From an uncultured Gammaproteobacteria bacterium (GTDB lineage: Bacteria; Patescibacteriota; Microgenomatia; UBA8517), in assembly GCA_964502815.1 (NCBI GenBank), contig CAZCXV010000006.1, positions 1 to 43,631 of the forward strand: 43,631 bases of DNA, written 5' to 3'. Of this stretch, positions 28,877 to 37,519 are shown piece by piece. The notes beneath the pieces were generated by a model, which did no database searches, was not told the origin of the DNA, and was given only the letters and a program-made list of their open reading frames with translations. Made by a program: the position numbers and the translations under genes. Within the stretch, counting starts at the first letter, position 1; the number at the start of each line of letters is the position of its first letter.

Positions 28877-29506
28877 ATGTTAAAAGAAATACTTTACGCT
28901 ACAAATAACCCAGGAAAGATTGCTGAAATTTCAAAATTCTTGGAACACAATGGAATTAGAGTTGTTTCTCCAAAAGATTTAGGCATAGATTTAGATGTTC
29001 CTGAAACTGGATATAGTTTGGGAGAAAACGCTAGGTTAAAAGTAAAGGCATATCTAGAAGTTAGTGGAAGAAGAATCGTCCTAGCTGATGATACTGGATT
29101 GGAAATAGATTCTCTTGATGGAAAACCAGGAATTCATGTAAGAAGATGGAAAGATGGTCAAACTAGAATGGGAGATGAAGAAATAATTGAGTATTGTTTA
29201 GATCAAATGAAGAATGTGGCAAAAGATCAAAGGGGTGCTCAATTTAGAACAGTTGTAGCATTAGCACTTCCTGATGACAATGTCGAAACGTTTGATGGAA
29301 CTTTAAGAGGAGTTATTTTAGAAACACCTGCAGATATAAGAGTGGAGGGTTTTCCATTTGAATCACTATTCTTTGTTCCTGAATGGAATATGTTACTTGG
29401 AGAAATTCACAGTTTGAGCATGGAAGATAAGGGAGATAAGATTATTCACAGAGAAAAAGCACTCCAAAAAGCAATTCCTAGATTAAAACAGTTATTAGGA
29501 GAATAA
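28877..29506 (+). CDS. Ham1/RdgB-family non-canonical purine NTP pyrophosphatase (divergent motifs)
   Basis: ATNNPGK, ETG..ENARLK, LADDTGLEIDSLDGKPG and C-terminal HREKAL. Confidence 0.88.
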   Translation: MLKEILYATNNPGKIAEISKFLEHNGIRVVSPKDLGIDLDVPETGYSLGENARLKVKAYLEVSGRRIVLADDTGLEIDSLDGKPGIHVRRWKDGQTRMGDEEIIEYCLDQMKNVAKDQRGAQFRTVVALALPDDNVETFDGTLRGVILETPADIRVEGFPFESLFFVPEWNMLLGEIHSLSMEDKGDKIIHREKALQKAIPRLKQLLGE

Positions 29507-29643
29507 GGCTTTATATGAACTAAATCTTTCCTTACTCCATCTGGCGGATCATGTTGGAACCTACAACATAAATTAAAGTTCAGTAATAAAAAAAGGGCAC
29601 TGATTTGTTCTTCAAATTCAAACCCATTATACTTAAAGAGTAA

Positions 29644-31146
29644 ATGAACCTTTGGCAAAAAATAACCTCAAAAATCGATACTCCCTCTTGGCTTGAGTGG
29701 CTTTTAGGCACTGTCTTTTTATTTCGAATTCCCTCTTTTTTTGAGCCTTATTGGTATGGAGATGAGACCATTTATCTAACACTGGGTAATGGCATCCGCC
29801 AGGGGTTAACTTTGTACAAAGACCTGCATGACAACAAACCTCCCTTGCTATACTTACTGGCGGCACTTGCTGGCAATATCTTCTGGTTTAAGGTAATTTT
29901 GGCTTTTTGGTCTCTAGTTACTATTTACTTTTTCTGGAAGTTGGTCAATTTTCTTTTTGCAAAAAATATAAAACTACAAAAAATTGCTGTATGGAGCTTT
30001 GCCATTCTTACCACCATTCCACTTCTTGAGGGTAATATCGCCAATGCCGAACTATTTTTCATTGGCCCAACAATTGCCGCCTTTTGGATTCTTCTTGCTA
30101 AAAACACTGATCCCAATCTGACAAGTGGCAGAAAAAACTTATTTCTTTCTGGTCTACTATTTTCTCTGGCTGCGCTTTTCAAAATTCCAGCCGCTTTCGA
30201 TTTGCCGGCAATACTTATTTTTTGGCTAATTACCAAGCCTTTTAATTCAAAAAACTTGCTCGAAACAGCCAAGCAATTTTCAATCGTTATAATTGGTTTT
30301 TTATTGCCAATTGGCTTAACCTTTGTCTGGTACTTTTTTAGAGGCGCACTGCCGGAGTATTTTAGGGCAGTTTTCTTGCAAAACGTGGGTTATTTGTCTT
30401 CCTTTAGGCCAGGAGATATCCAAAAGCCGTTTTTGATAAAGAATTTGCCGCTTATAATAAGAGGTTTGATTGTCATTTTTGGTTTTGTAAGTTTACGTCT
30501 TGCCAGGCGCAAGCTCTCCAGACAATTTATCTTTACGGTCGCCTGGCTTCTAATGACCTTATTTGCTGTAACCCTTTCGGAACGTCCTTATCCTCACTAC
30601 CTTCTCCAATCGGTAGCAAGCATTTCACTTCTTATTGCCATGTTCGTTACCTCAAAAACTATGAATCAACTTTATACCATTATCCCCCTTACTCTAGTAG
30701 TCGCCATCCCAGTTATTTACCATTTCTACGTCTACGCCCCAGTTGGCTACTATACCAGGTTTATTAGTTTTGCCACCAAAACGACCAGCAAGCAAGACTA
30801 TTACAATAGTTTTAATAAAGATACAGCCAGAAACTATAAAATTGCAGAGTTTGTTATTACCTCCACTAAACCCACGGATAGGATTTTTGTTTGGGAAGAT
30901 TCTGCCAACATCTACGCCCTGACAAAAAGGCTCCCACCTATAAAATATGTTGCAGGTTATCACATTGTTGATTTTTCGACTCCCAGAGAAATTGTCGAAA
31001 AGATTAATAATACAAAACCAAAATTAGTTATAATACTACCTAGTTCTAAAAGGTTTCCCCAACTAGAAGGCTTTTTGTCTGGAAATTACTTTTTAGTCTC
31101 TACAATCGATGGAGCCAAAATTTGGCACGTCATTACTACAAAATGA
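29644..31146 (+). CDS. GT-C-fold glycosyltransferase (ArnT/PMT_2-like)
   Basis: WYGDETIY, LYKDLHDNKPP, NAELF and YPHYLLQ; multiple TMs. Confidence 0.8.
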   Translation: MNLWQKITSKIDTPSWLEWLLGTVFLFRIPSFFEPYWYGDETIYLTLGNGIRQGLTLYKDLHDNKPPLLYLLAALAGNIFWFKVILAFWSLVTIYFFWKLVNFLFAKNIKLQKIAVWSFAILTTIPLLEGNIANAELFFIGPTIAAFWILLAKNTDPNLTSGRKNLFLSGLLFSLAALFKIPAAFDLPAILIFWLITKPFNSKNLLETAKQFSIVIIGFLLPIGLTFVWYFFRGALPEYFRAVFLQNVGYLSSFRPGDIQKPFLIKNLPLIIRGLIVIFGFVSLRLARRKLSRQFIFTVAWLLMTLFAVTLSERPYPHYLLQSVASISLLIAMFVTSKTMNQLYTIIPLTLVVAIPVIYHFYVYAPVGYYTRFISFATKTTSKQDYYNSFNKDTARNYKIAEFVITSTKPTDRIFVWEDSANIYALTKRLPPIKYVAGYHIVDFSTPREIVEKINNTKPKLVIILPSSKRFPQLEGFLSGNYFLVSTIDGAKIWHVITTK

Positions 31147-31505
31147 AAACATCCATTTTTAAGCTTAACCATATCAAAATAGACTTGCCGTTTAAAAATA
31201 TTTTTTTAACTCTTCTTGCCATAAACATAATCAGTTTGCTGTCGGTTTTTTTAGTCCAGGGAGCTCTTCCTCCAGTAATTCCACTATTGTATGGCCTGCC
31301 TAAAGGCGAAAATCAACTAGTTCCAAAAATTCTTCTGGTAGTTCCACTTTGCGCTTCGGCTTTAATTACTTTGATAAATATTGTCCTTATAAAAATCAGT
31401 CAAGACAACTTTTCGCAAAAAGCACTCCTGTATTTGTCGGTCTCGGTAAACATCCTAGCTCTCTTTACTGTTTTTAAAATTGTGAATTTAGTAGGCAGCT
31501 TTTAG
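31143..31505 (+). CDS. Small membrane protein (LPxxIPL motif, DUF1648-like)
   Basis: TM-LPPVIPLLYGLPKGENQL-TM-TM; ATGA overlap with the upstream gene. Confidence 0.65.
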   Translation: MKTSIFKLNHIKIDLPFKNIFLTLLAINIISLLSVFLVQGALPPVIPLLYGLPKGENQLVPKILLVVPLCASALITLINIVLIKISQDNFSQKALLYLSVSVNILALFTVFKIVNLVGSF

Positions 31506-31514
31506 TAAAAAACT

Positions 31515-32609
31515 ATGACCATTTGGCTTACAGCTTTTTTAATCTCAACCACAGTTTCTTTTCTGGCCACACCATTAGTTATAAAATTTGCCTGGAAACT
31601 GGGCCTAATTGATGACCCTAAAAAGAACATCCACTCCAAAGTAATTCATACTAAGCCTACTCCAAGAGCGGGGGGGCTTGCCATCTTTCTTGGTTTTTTA
31701 GTAGCCTCTCTGGCAACACTTCCTTTAGATAAACATTTAATTGGCATTTTACTTGGGGCAACAGTTTTGGTTGGCGTGGGTGTTATTGACGACAAATATA
31801 ACTTAAACCCATACGCCAGATTGATTGTTCAATTTGTTGCCGCCAGTCTACCAATTATGGCGGGTATTGGCATTGCTTTCGTCACAAATCCATTAACTGG
31901 CCAAATTGTTGACCTTTCAAAACCACGCATTTATTTTGAATTTTTTGGATCCCATAGTGTTTGGGTTCTAGCCGACTTATTTGCTCTATTTTGGATTGTT
32001 ACTATTATGAATTTTGTCAACATGGGGGCTAAAGGGGTTGATGGTCAACTCACTGGAGTTGTGGCAATTGCCGCCGCAACTATTGGAGCCATATCTTTAA
32101 GTTTTAGTGCAGATATCACAGTTTGGCCTACAGTAATTCTTGCGGCAATTACTACTGGATCATTTCTAGGTTTCTTACCTTGGCATATTTTTCCACAAAA
32201 AATTATGCCGGCCTTTTCTGGATCTATGCTCGGGGGGTTTTTACTGGCAGTTCTATCTATTCTTTCAACTGCCAAAGTCGGTACCCTGGCCGTAGTATTG
32301 GCTGTCCCATTAATTGATACTGGCTATACAATAGTCAGACGGTTGATGGCAGGGAAATCGCCTGTCTGGGGTGACAATAAACACCTACACCACAGGCTCT
32401 TGGCTCTTGGCTGGACGAAAATGCAGGTCGCTTATTTCTACTGGGGAGTAACTCTCATCTTGGGAATTCTAGCTTTAAATTTGAATGCCAGAAGCAAACT
32501 GTATACAATCATAGGCGTTGGAGTTTTACTAGGAGGTTTTCTTCTCTGGATAACCAGTAAGGAATACTTAGATTTAATGTATATACATTTTAAAAAAGAA
32601 AATGAATAA
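31515..32609 (+). CDS. MraY-family undecaprenyl-phosphate GlcNAc-1-P transferase (WecA/TagO-like)
   Basis: PTPRAGG, GVIDDK, GVDG, VPLIDT and DNKHLHHRL. Confidence 0.9.
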   Translation: MTIWLTAFLISTTVSFLATPLVIKFAWKLGLIDDPKKNIHSKVIHTKPTPRAGGLAIFLGFLVASLATLPLDKHLIGILLGATVLVGVGVIDDKYNLNPYARLIVQFVAASLPIMAGIGIAFVTNPLTGQIVDLSKPRIYFEFFGSHSVWVLADLFALFWIVTIMNFVNMGAKGVDGQLTGVVAIAAATIGAISLSFSADITVWPTVILAAITTGSFLGFLPWHIFPQKIMPAFSGSMLGGFLLAVLSILSTAKVGTLAVVLAVPLIDTGYTIVRRLMAGKSPVWGDNKHLHHRLLALGWTKMQVAYFYWGVTLILGILALNLNARSKLYTIIGVGVLLGGFLLWITSKEYLDLMYIHFKKENE

Positions 32610-33537
32610 CTTATTTCCAATTATCCCAGCCATCAAGGCATTAAGGCCAACTCATTGGACTAAAAACCTATCTGTCTTTGCGGCTTTAGTTTTTTCTGGC
32701 CAACTAGATAACCCATTAGCGTTTACAACTGCCATTTGGGCATTTATTGCTTTTAATTTTGTAACCAGCGCTACCTATATTTTTAACGATTTATTAGATA
32801 TTAAAAGAGACAGGTTGCACCCAATCAAGAAAAATAGGCCAATAGCCAGCGGTAAACTACCTATCCAACTGGCAGTTATAGAATTGGCCGTTGTTTTGGT
32901 TTTGGGCTTAGTTTTATCTGAAGCAGTTTCACATCTTCTTTTTTTACTGGTTTTAGGTTACCTGGGATTACAACTAATTTATACCTTGTTTCTTAAACAT
33001 GTACCAATTATTGATATTCTCATTATTGCCACTGGTTTTATAATTAGAATCTACGCCGGAGCTTTCATAATTGACGCCCACCTTTCGGTGTGGTTTCTTC
33101 TTTGTGTAATTTCAGTTGCCCTTTTCCTGGCATCTGGAAAGCGAAGAGCCGAGCTTCAGGTAGTGGATTCACAAGTAAAAACCAGAGAAAGTCTGCAGAA
33201 ATATCCCAAGGAACTACTAAATTCATATGTAACCATGTTTGGCAATGCCGCCTGGATGAGTTGGGCTCTATTTACCTTTTTTGAAAGCCCCAAAGCTTCT
33301 CTTGATTTTTGGCTGCGGTTGGCAGAAGTGTCAAAAACTACAACCATTGACAAATTACTAATGGCAACTATTCCTGTGACTATCTTTGCCATTATGAGAT
33401 ATCAAAGTTTGATTTTTACAGGCAAGTCAGAGGCTCCGGAAAAAGTCCTACTAACAGATATTCCTCTAGTGACTTCAGTACTAACCTGGACCTTGATGGT
33501 TGTCTGGATTCTTTATAGTGGCGCTTCTACTGTTTGA
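32602..33537 (+). CDS. UbiA-family decaprenyl-phosphate phosphoribosyltransferase-like
   Basis: ALRPTHWTKN, YIFNDLLD.RDRLHP.KKNRPIASG, LKHVPIID and KRRAEL. Confidence 0.85.
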   Translation: MNNLFPIIPAIKALRPTHWTKNLSVFAALVFSGQLDNPLAFTTAIWAFIAFNFVTSATYIFNDLLDIKRDRLHPIKKNRPIASGKLPIQLAVIELAVVLVLGLVLSEAVSHLLFLLVLGYLGLQLIYTLFLKHVPIIDILIIATGFIIRIYAGAFIIDAHLSVWFLLCVISVALFLASGKRRAELQVVDSQVKTRESLQKYPKELLNSYVTMFGNAAWMSWALFTFFESPKASLDFWLRLAEVSKTTTIDKLLMATIPVTIFAIMRYQSLIFTGKSEAPEKVLLTDIPLVTSVLTWTLMVVWILYSGASTV

Positions 33538-33546
33538 AGTCTATAT

Positions 33547-34515
33547 TTATATCCTTATCAACTTCTCCAACCAAGGTATATTTTCTTTTTTTCTTTTCCA
33601 CCACAGATCTTCCCAAATATAGTGCACTGCTAAATGTTTATATTCTCCATATTTTTCGAAACGTTTTAATATTCGTTCGACTGGAACTAAATTCTCCGGG
33701 TTTTTATTGAAAAACACCCTTGTATAGATTTTTTGTTCCCAAGGAGAAATATGGTCAAATACACCCCAATGATGAAAAACATCAAAGAGTAGATACCAGA
33801 CAGTTGCAGGACCTACACCGTATAGCCTTAGCAATTTCTCTCTTTGTGTTTCACAATCTTTTTCCCTTAAATCTATTTCATTTATTTCTCTATTTGCGAA
33901 ATACTCATCGATTCGTTTTATTGACTTCGCTCTGTAACCAACTTTTAAAGCTCTCAGTTCTTCCTCCATAATATTTTGAAGTTTTCCAACGTTCCACAAA
34001 CACCAAAGTTTTTTGCCATCAAATTCAACTGGGGTGCCATAAGTTTCAAGGAGAGCTTTAAACATTTGGATCGATCTTCTGACTGTGGCGTTTTGTAGGA
34101 CAATTCCAATAATTAAGTATTCATATAGACTGCTTGGGTGTCCTGGCCTCATTCCTCTGAATTTTTGGGTGATTGGAGCAAGTATTTTGTCTTTCTCAAA
34201 CCTTTTGTAAAAAAAAGAAAGATTAAGATTTAAGTTGTATCTGTATTTTATTTCATCAACCAACTCATCCACAAATTTTTGAGGCTGCTGTTTGTCTGAG
34301 TAAATCTCAACCAGTAATGCTGGCTTCTCAACGACCCCTTTATTTGTAAACTTAAGTCCCAACTTTTTCCCATTCTGATTCCACGTCTGCCATTTGATAC
34401 CAATCTCCCACTCATTGTCTCCAGAGGTGAAATGATCAGGTTTATGAAAAGTTGGATCAAAAGCAAAGGGAGAAGTAGGTATTATTTCAATTTCATGAAA
34501 TTTAGTGAGTTGCAT
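33547..34515 (-). CDS. HhH-GPD-superfamily DNA glycosylase-like protein (AlkA/OGG1-like)
   Basis: YEYLIIGIVLQN, ELRALKVGYRAK, LLRLYGVGPAT HhH and LAVHYIW. Confidence 0.78.
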   Translation of the reverse strand: MQLTKFHEIEIIPTSPFAFDPTFHKPDHFTSGDNEWEIGIKWQTWNQNGKKLGLKFTNKGVVEKPALLVEIYSDKQQPQKFVDELVDEIKYRYNLNLNLSFFYKRFEKDKILAPITQKFRGMRPGHPSSLYEYLIIGIVLQNATVRRSIQMFKALLETYGTPVEFDGKKLWCLWNVGKLQNIMEEELRALKVGYRAKSIKRIDEYFANREINEIDLREKDCETQREKLLRLYGVGPATVWYLLFDVFHHWGVFDHISPWEQKIYTRVFFNKNPENLVPVERILKRFEKYGEYKHLAVHYIWEDLWWKRKKENIPWLEKLIRI

Positions 34516-34517
34516 AA

Positions 34518-34886
34518 CTATTTTTTAGAAATCTCCCAGATATTATCATCTGGATCTAAAAAGTAAGCAACAGTTTGTCCCCAAGAGGTTTCTTTTGGTC
34601 CGTCAATTATTTCAACACCTTTTGACTTAAGGTCATTACATGTTTTGGCAACATCGTCGACCTGAAAACAGATGCAAGTTCCACCACCTGCCTTCATATA
34701 CTTCATTGGAAACAAGGTAATAGCCTCATTTTTTTGAAAAATAGCCAGTTCTGTTTCTCCTAACTTAAAGTTTGCAAATTTGCTTTCATTGGAATTGATC
34801 TCCAATCCAAGAATGTTTTTGTAAAAATCTAAGGATTTTTCAAAGTCATCGACTAACAAGCAAACTGCAAACAATTTGTTAAACAT
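34518..34886 (-). CDS. VOC/glyoxalase/bleomycin-resistance family protein
   Basis: VDDFEKSLDFY..ILG, ICFQVDDV and SWGQTVAYFLDPDDNIWEI. Confidence 0.9.
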   Translation of the reverse strand: MFNKLFAVCLLVDDFEKSLDFYKNILGLEINSNESKFANFKLGETELAIFQKNEAITLFPMKYMKAGGGTCICFQVDDVAKTCNDLKSKGVEIIDGPKETSWGQTVAYFLDPDDNIWEISKK

Positions 34887-34963
34887 GGTTTAATTTACTC
34901 TCTTATTGTAAACCTTTCTAGTATAGTCAACTACACCAAAACAAAGTTATAATTAGCCATAAC

Positions 34964-35635
34964 ATGCATTCAATACAAAAGATTCTTCTGAAGAGGCTGT
35001 TCACTCAAAAGAACCAAAAATACTCGGGCTTAACCACCGGCTATAATTATGAAGACAATGTAGTTTTTCATCTGAAGAGATTAACTGGTACGGGACTCAT
35101 AGAAAAAAATGGAGACAGATATAAAATAACTTCCCAAGGTATCAAAGAAATCTCAAAGCTGGACTTGAATCTGCTTGAAGACATTGGAGTAAAAAGCTTC
35201 TTCATAGGTTTTTTCTGCGAATCTGAAGGCAAACATCTAATTAAAGAACACCCACAAGCAAAAGAAAAATTTTACAATCTGCCAAGTGGCAGACCAAGGT
35301 TTGGTGAAGATATAAATAAAGCTATAAAAAGAATTTTCTTGGAAAACACAGGTATTAGCCTCAAAACAAACAAATTTAGCTTTCTTAGCATCCATTTAAA
35401 GACAATTAAAACAAATAAAGGCGCGGTAATTTTTGATGATGCTTTTACAATTTACAAAGTAGAAATAGACAATAATGCAAAGGAAAAGATGAAACTTGCA
35501 AATCAAATAAAGTGGATGGATATTGAGAAGATTAGTAATCTTTCAAATAAATGGCCAGAACTTGATATCTTAATTCTAAACAAGAATACGTCTCCATATT
35601 TAGTCTATACTTTCACATCAGATTACATTTTGTAG
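34964..35635 (+). CDS. Winged-HTH + degenerate Nudix domain protein (putative regulator)
   Basis: N-terminal FHLKRL...GLIEK..RYKITSQG wHTH; LPSGRPRFGE-x7-RIFLENTGI altered Nudix box. Confidence 0.72.
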   Translation: MHSIQKILLKRLFTQKNQKYSGLTTGYNYEDNVVFHLKRLTGTGLIEKNGDRYKITSQGIKEISKLDLNLLEDIGVKSFFIGFFCESEGKHLIKEHPQAKEKFYNLPSGRPRFGEDINKAIKRIFLENTGISLKTNKFSFLSIHLKTIKTNKGAVIFDDAFTIYKVEIDNNAKEKMKLANQIKWMDIEKISNLSNKWPELDILILNKNTSPYLVYTFTSDYIL

Positions 35636-35638
35636 AGT

Positions 35639-36292
35639 TTACTCATTAATCTTTGCAAACTTGGAAGACACCCAGCCAAAAAGGTTTGGTTGATACTCAA
35701 TCTTGTACCACTCACTAGTTATGTCTTTCTCAACAAAATTAAACTTTTCTCCAGGACTAACTTGGGCTATTTCTTTGGAAGCTGCACTGGCATCTTCCCG
35801 CACTCTTAAAAAACCAGTTGAAGTTTGAAGTATTTCAACTTGAGGGACTATATTTTCTGGCGTAGGTATTGGTGTTGGAGACTCCAAAGGGTTGGGGATT
35901 GGCACAAAAGCTAAGTCTTTTTCAAGTTTAAGAGAAACAATTGTTCTAAATCCTTGTTGTGATTCAATTTCTAATTTTTCTTCCTTGTAAGAGGTGAATG
36001 CGACTAGGATTGAGTGTTTGCCAACTGTTACAGTATTTTTTACTGGACTAAATCCCCTAATCTGGCCGTCAATTTCCACCCTTGCCAAGGACGGAGTAGT
36101 CAAAACAGAAATTTCAGATACTGCCCGGTCTATTTTCTCAAAAGAAAGGGTAATGTTACCTTGAATAGCAGTTGGAGGAGGTGTTTTTGAAACGATGCTT
36201 TTCAGATTTGTGTATTTGAAAGCAAAAAAGATTAGTACACCAACCAAAACCAAAATCAAGACAATTAGAATCAAGTTTTGAATTTTCTCCAC
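35639..36292 (-). CDS. Membrane-anchored PEGA + bacterial SH3 domain protein
   Basis: TM; SVLTTPSLARVEIDGQIRGFSP (PEGA); FLRVRE...WYKI...GWVSSKF (SH3b). GTG start. Confidence 0.78.
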   Translation of the reverse strand: MEKIQNLILIVLILVLVGVLIFFAFKYTNLKSIVSKTPPPTAIQGNITLSFEKIDRAVSEISVLTTPSLARVEIDGQIRGFSPVKNTVTVGKHSILVAFTSYKEEKLEIESQQGFRTIVSLKLEKDLAFVPIPNPLESPTPIPTPENIVPQVEILQTSTGFLRVREDASAASKEIAQVSPGEKFNFVEKDITSEWYKIEYQPNLFGWVSSKFAKINE

Positions 36293-36382
36293 TTAGGCCA
36301 AAAGCTTAACAAATGACAAGCCCAATGACAACACGCCCTCAAGTTCGAAAACCAAGTTTGTGTGATAAAATAGGTTCAACAC

Positions 36383-36454
36383 GGCTGGATGGTGAAGAAG
36401 AAACACAGGGGTCTGCAAAACCTCTATGCGCGGATGCAATTTCCGCTCCAGCCT
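36383..36454 (+). tRNA. tRNA-Cys (GCA)
   Basis: Acceptor GGCTGGA/TCCAGCC, D-stem GTG/CAC, anticodon stem GGGGT/ACCTC with loop CTGCAAA, T-stem GCGGA/TCCGC and discriminator T. No encoded CCA. TGaTAAAAT extended -10 upstream. Confidence 0.88.
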
Positions 36455-36470
36455 CAAAACAAATACTTTC

Positions 36471-37361
36471 TTATATATTGCCGATTGTAAGTAGATTTTC
36501 CAAGTAATTTCTAAACCCTTCACCAACTTTTGGATGTTTTAAACCATAATCTACAACTGCCTGAAGGTAGCCAAGTTTGCTTCCAGTATCATAGTATTTG
36601 GCATCTTTTAGTTCCAAGGCGTACACTTTTCCAGCCTTTGCCCGCATCATTTCTGTTAGAGCATCAATATAGTGCGGTTCGCGGCCTGAAACTTCGTTTA
36701 CCACTTTTTCAAAAAAAGGAATTACTTCTGGAGTAAACAAGTAGCCTGAAACTATTGCCGTGCTGGAGGGTGCATTTCCAGGACCAGGCTTCTCAACAAC
36801 TTCTTCTACTTCCGTCAAGCCATCCTCAACCATTTTCCCTTTTGCAAAGCCATATTTTTTGGTGTCTTCCTCTTTATCTGTTTTTATAGCCCCTAAAATG
36901 CAGCTTTGGTATTTGTCGTAAGCAGCAATTAACTGTTTTGCCCGAGAAGGACTAGCTTCAACAAAATCATCTCCCCAGAAAACCAAAAAAGGTTCATTAC
37001 TAATAAGTCTGGCAGCGTTGGCTATAGGGGTAGCGTTTCCCGTGGGTCCTTTTTGCCTGACATAGGTAAAGTTTGCCAGGCTATTGATTTTTCTAACTTC
37101 AGCCAGCATCTCAAGCTTGCCTGATTTCTCAAGCAAAGCCTCGAGTTCCGGGTGAGAATCAAAATGATCCTCAATGGCTCTTTTGTGCCAACCAGTAACT
37201 AAAATGATGTCGGTAATGCCAGCCTCTACCAATTCCTCGACAACAATTTGGATAATCGGTTTGTCTACAATTGGAAGCATTTCTGTGGGCATCGCCTTAG
37301 TTTGGGGCAAAAATCTGGTTCCAAAACCGGCAACTGGGACGATAGCTTTTGTCACTTTCAT
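36471..37361 (-). CDS. galU: UTP--glucose-1-phosphate uridylyltransferase
   Basis: KAIVPVAGFGTRFLPQTKAMP.EMLPIVDKP, AIEDHFD, YVRQ, WGDD, VEKP and YDTGSKLGY. ATG 37361 lies 9 nt below TATAAT. Confidence 0.87.
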   Translation of the reverse strand: MKVTKAIVPVAGFGTRFLPQTKAMPTEMLPIVDKPIIQIVVEELVEAGITDIILVTGWHKRAIEDHFDSHPELEALLEKSGKLEMLAEVRKINSLANFTYVRQKGPTGNATPIANAARLISNEPFLVFWGDDFVEASPSRAKQLIAAYDKYQSCILGAIKTDKEEDTKKYGFAKGKMVEDGLTEVEEVVEKPGPGNAPSSTAIVSGYLFTPEVIPFFEKVVNEVSGREPHYIDALTEMMRAKAGKVYALELKDAKYYDTGSKLGYLQAVVDYGLKHPKVGEGFRNYLENLLTIGNI

Positions 37362-37453
37362 AGTAAAGTAATTATAGCAAAAAAACATCATTTAGGCTCA
37401 ATTTTACTTAAGCTTACATGCCTAGATTTTCCTAGTTATATATCCCATAATAC

Positions 37454-37482
37454 TTGACAAAAACAGCCTTTTGGGCTACACT
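37454..37482 (+). promoter_or_regulatory. Sigma70 promoter for the M23 peptidase
   Basis: TTGACA (37454-37459), 17-nt spacer, TACACT (37477-37482). Confidence 0.75.
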
Positions 37483-37488
37483 CCTCCT

Positions 37489-37519
37489 AACTCTTGGTTA
37501 ATTTAGCCGAGAGTTTTTT
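37489..37519 (+). terminator. Terminator-like hairpin + T tract at the start of the M23 leader
   Basis: AACTCTTGGTTA-att-TAGCCGAGAGTT (12 bp with two G.U pairs), followed by TTTT. Confidence 0.5.

Noticed and set aside
29507-29643. Weak inverted repeats after the Ham1 gene (ATGTTG/CAACAT, TGAACT/AGTTCA) as an ncRNA or terminator
   Set aside because: The stems are short and AT-rich with no T tract, so they are expected by chance.
36383-36470. tRNA-Cys as an integration site for an island
   Set aside because: No integrase and no duplicated tRNA 3' end were seen in the window.
36293-36526. ORFs 36293..36526 (-) and 36313..36507 (+)
   Set aside because: Both overlap the tRNA-Cys and the galU end; the tRNA explains the sequence.
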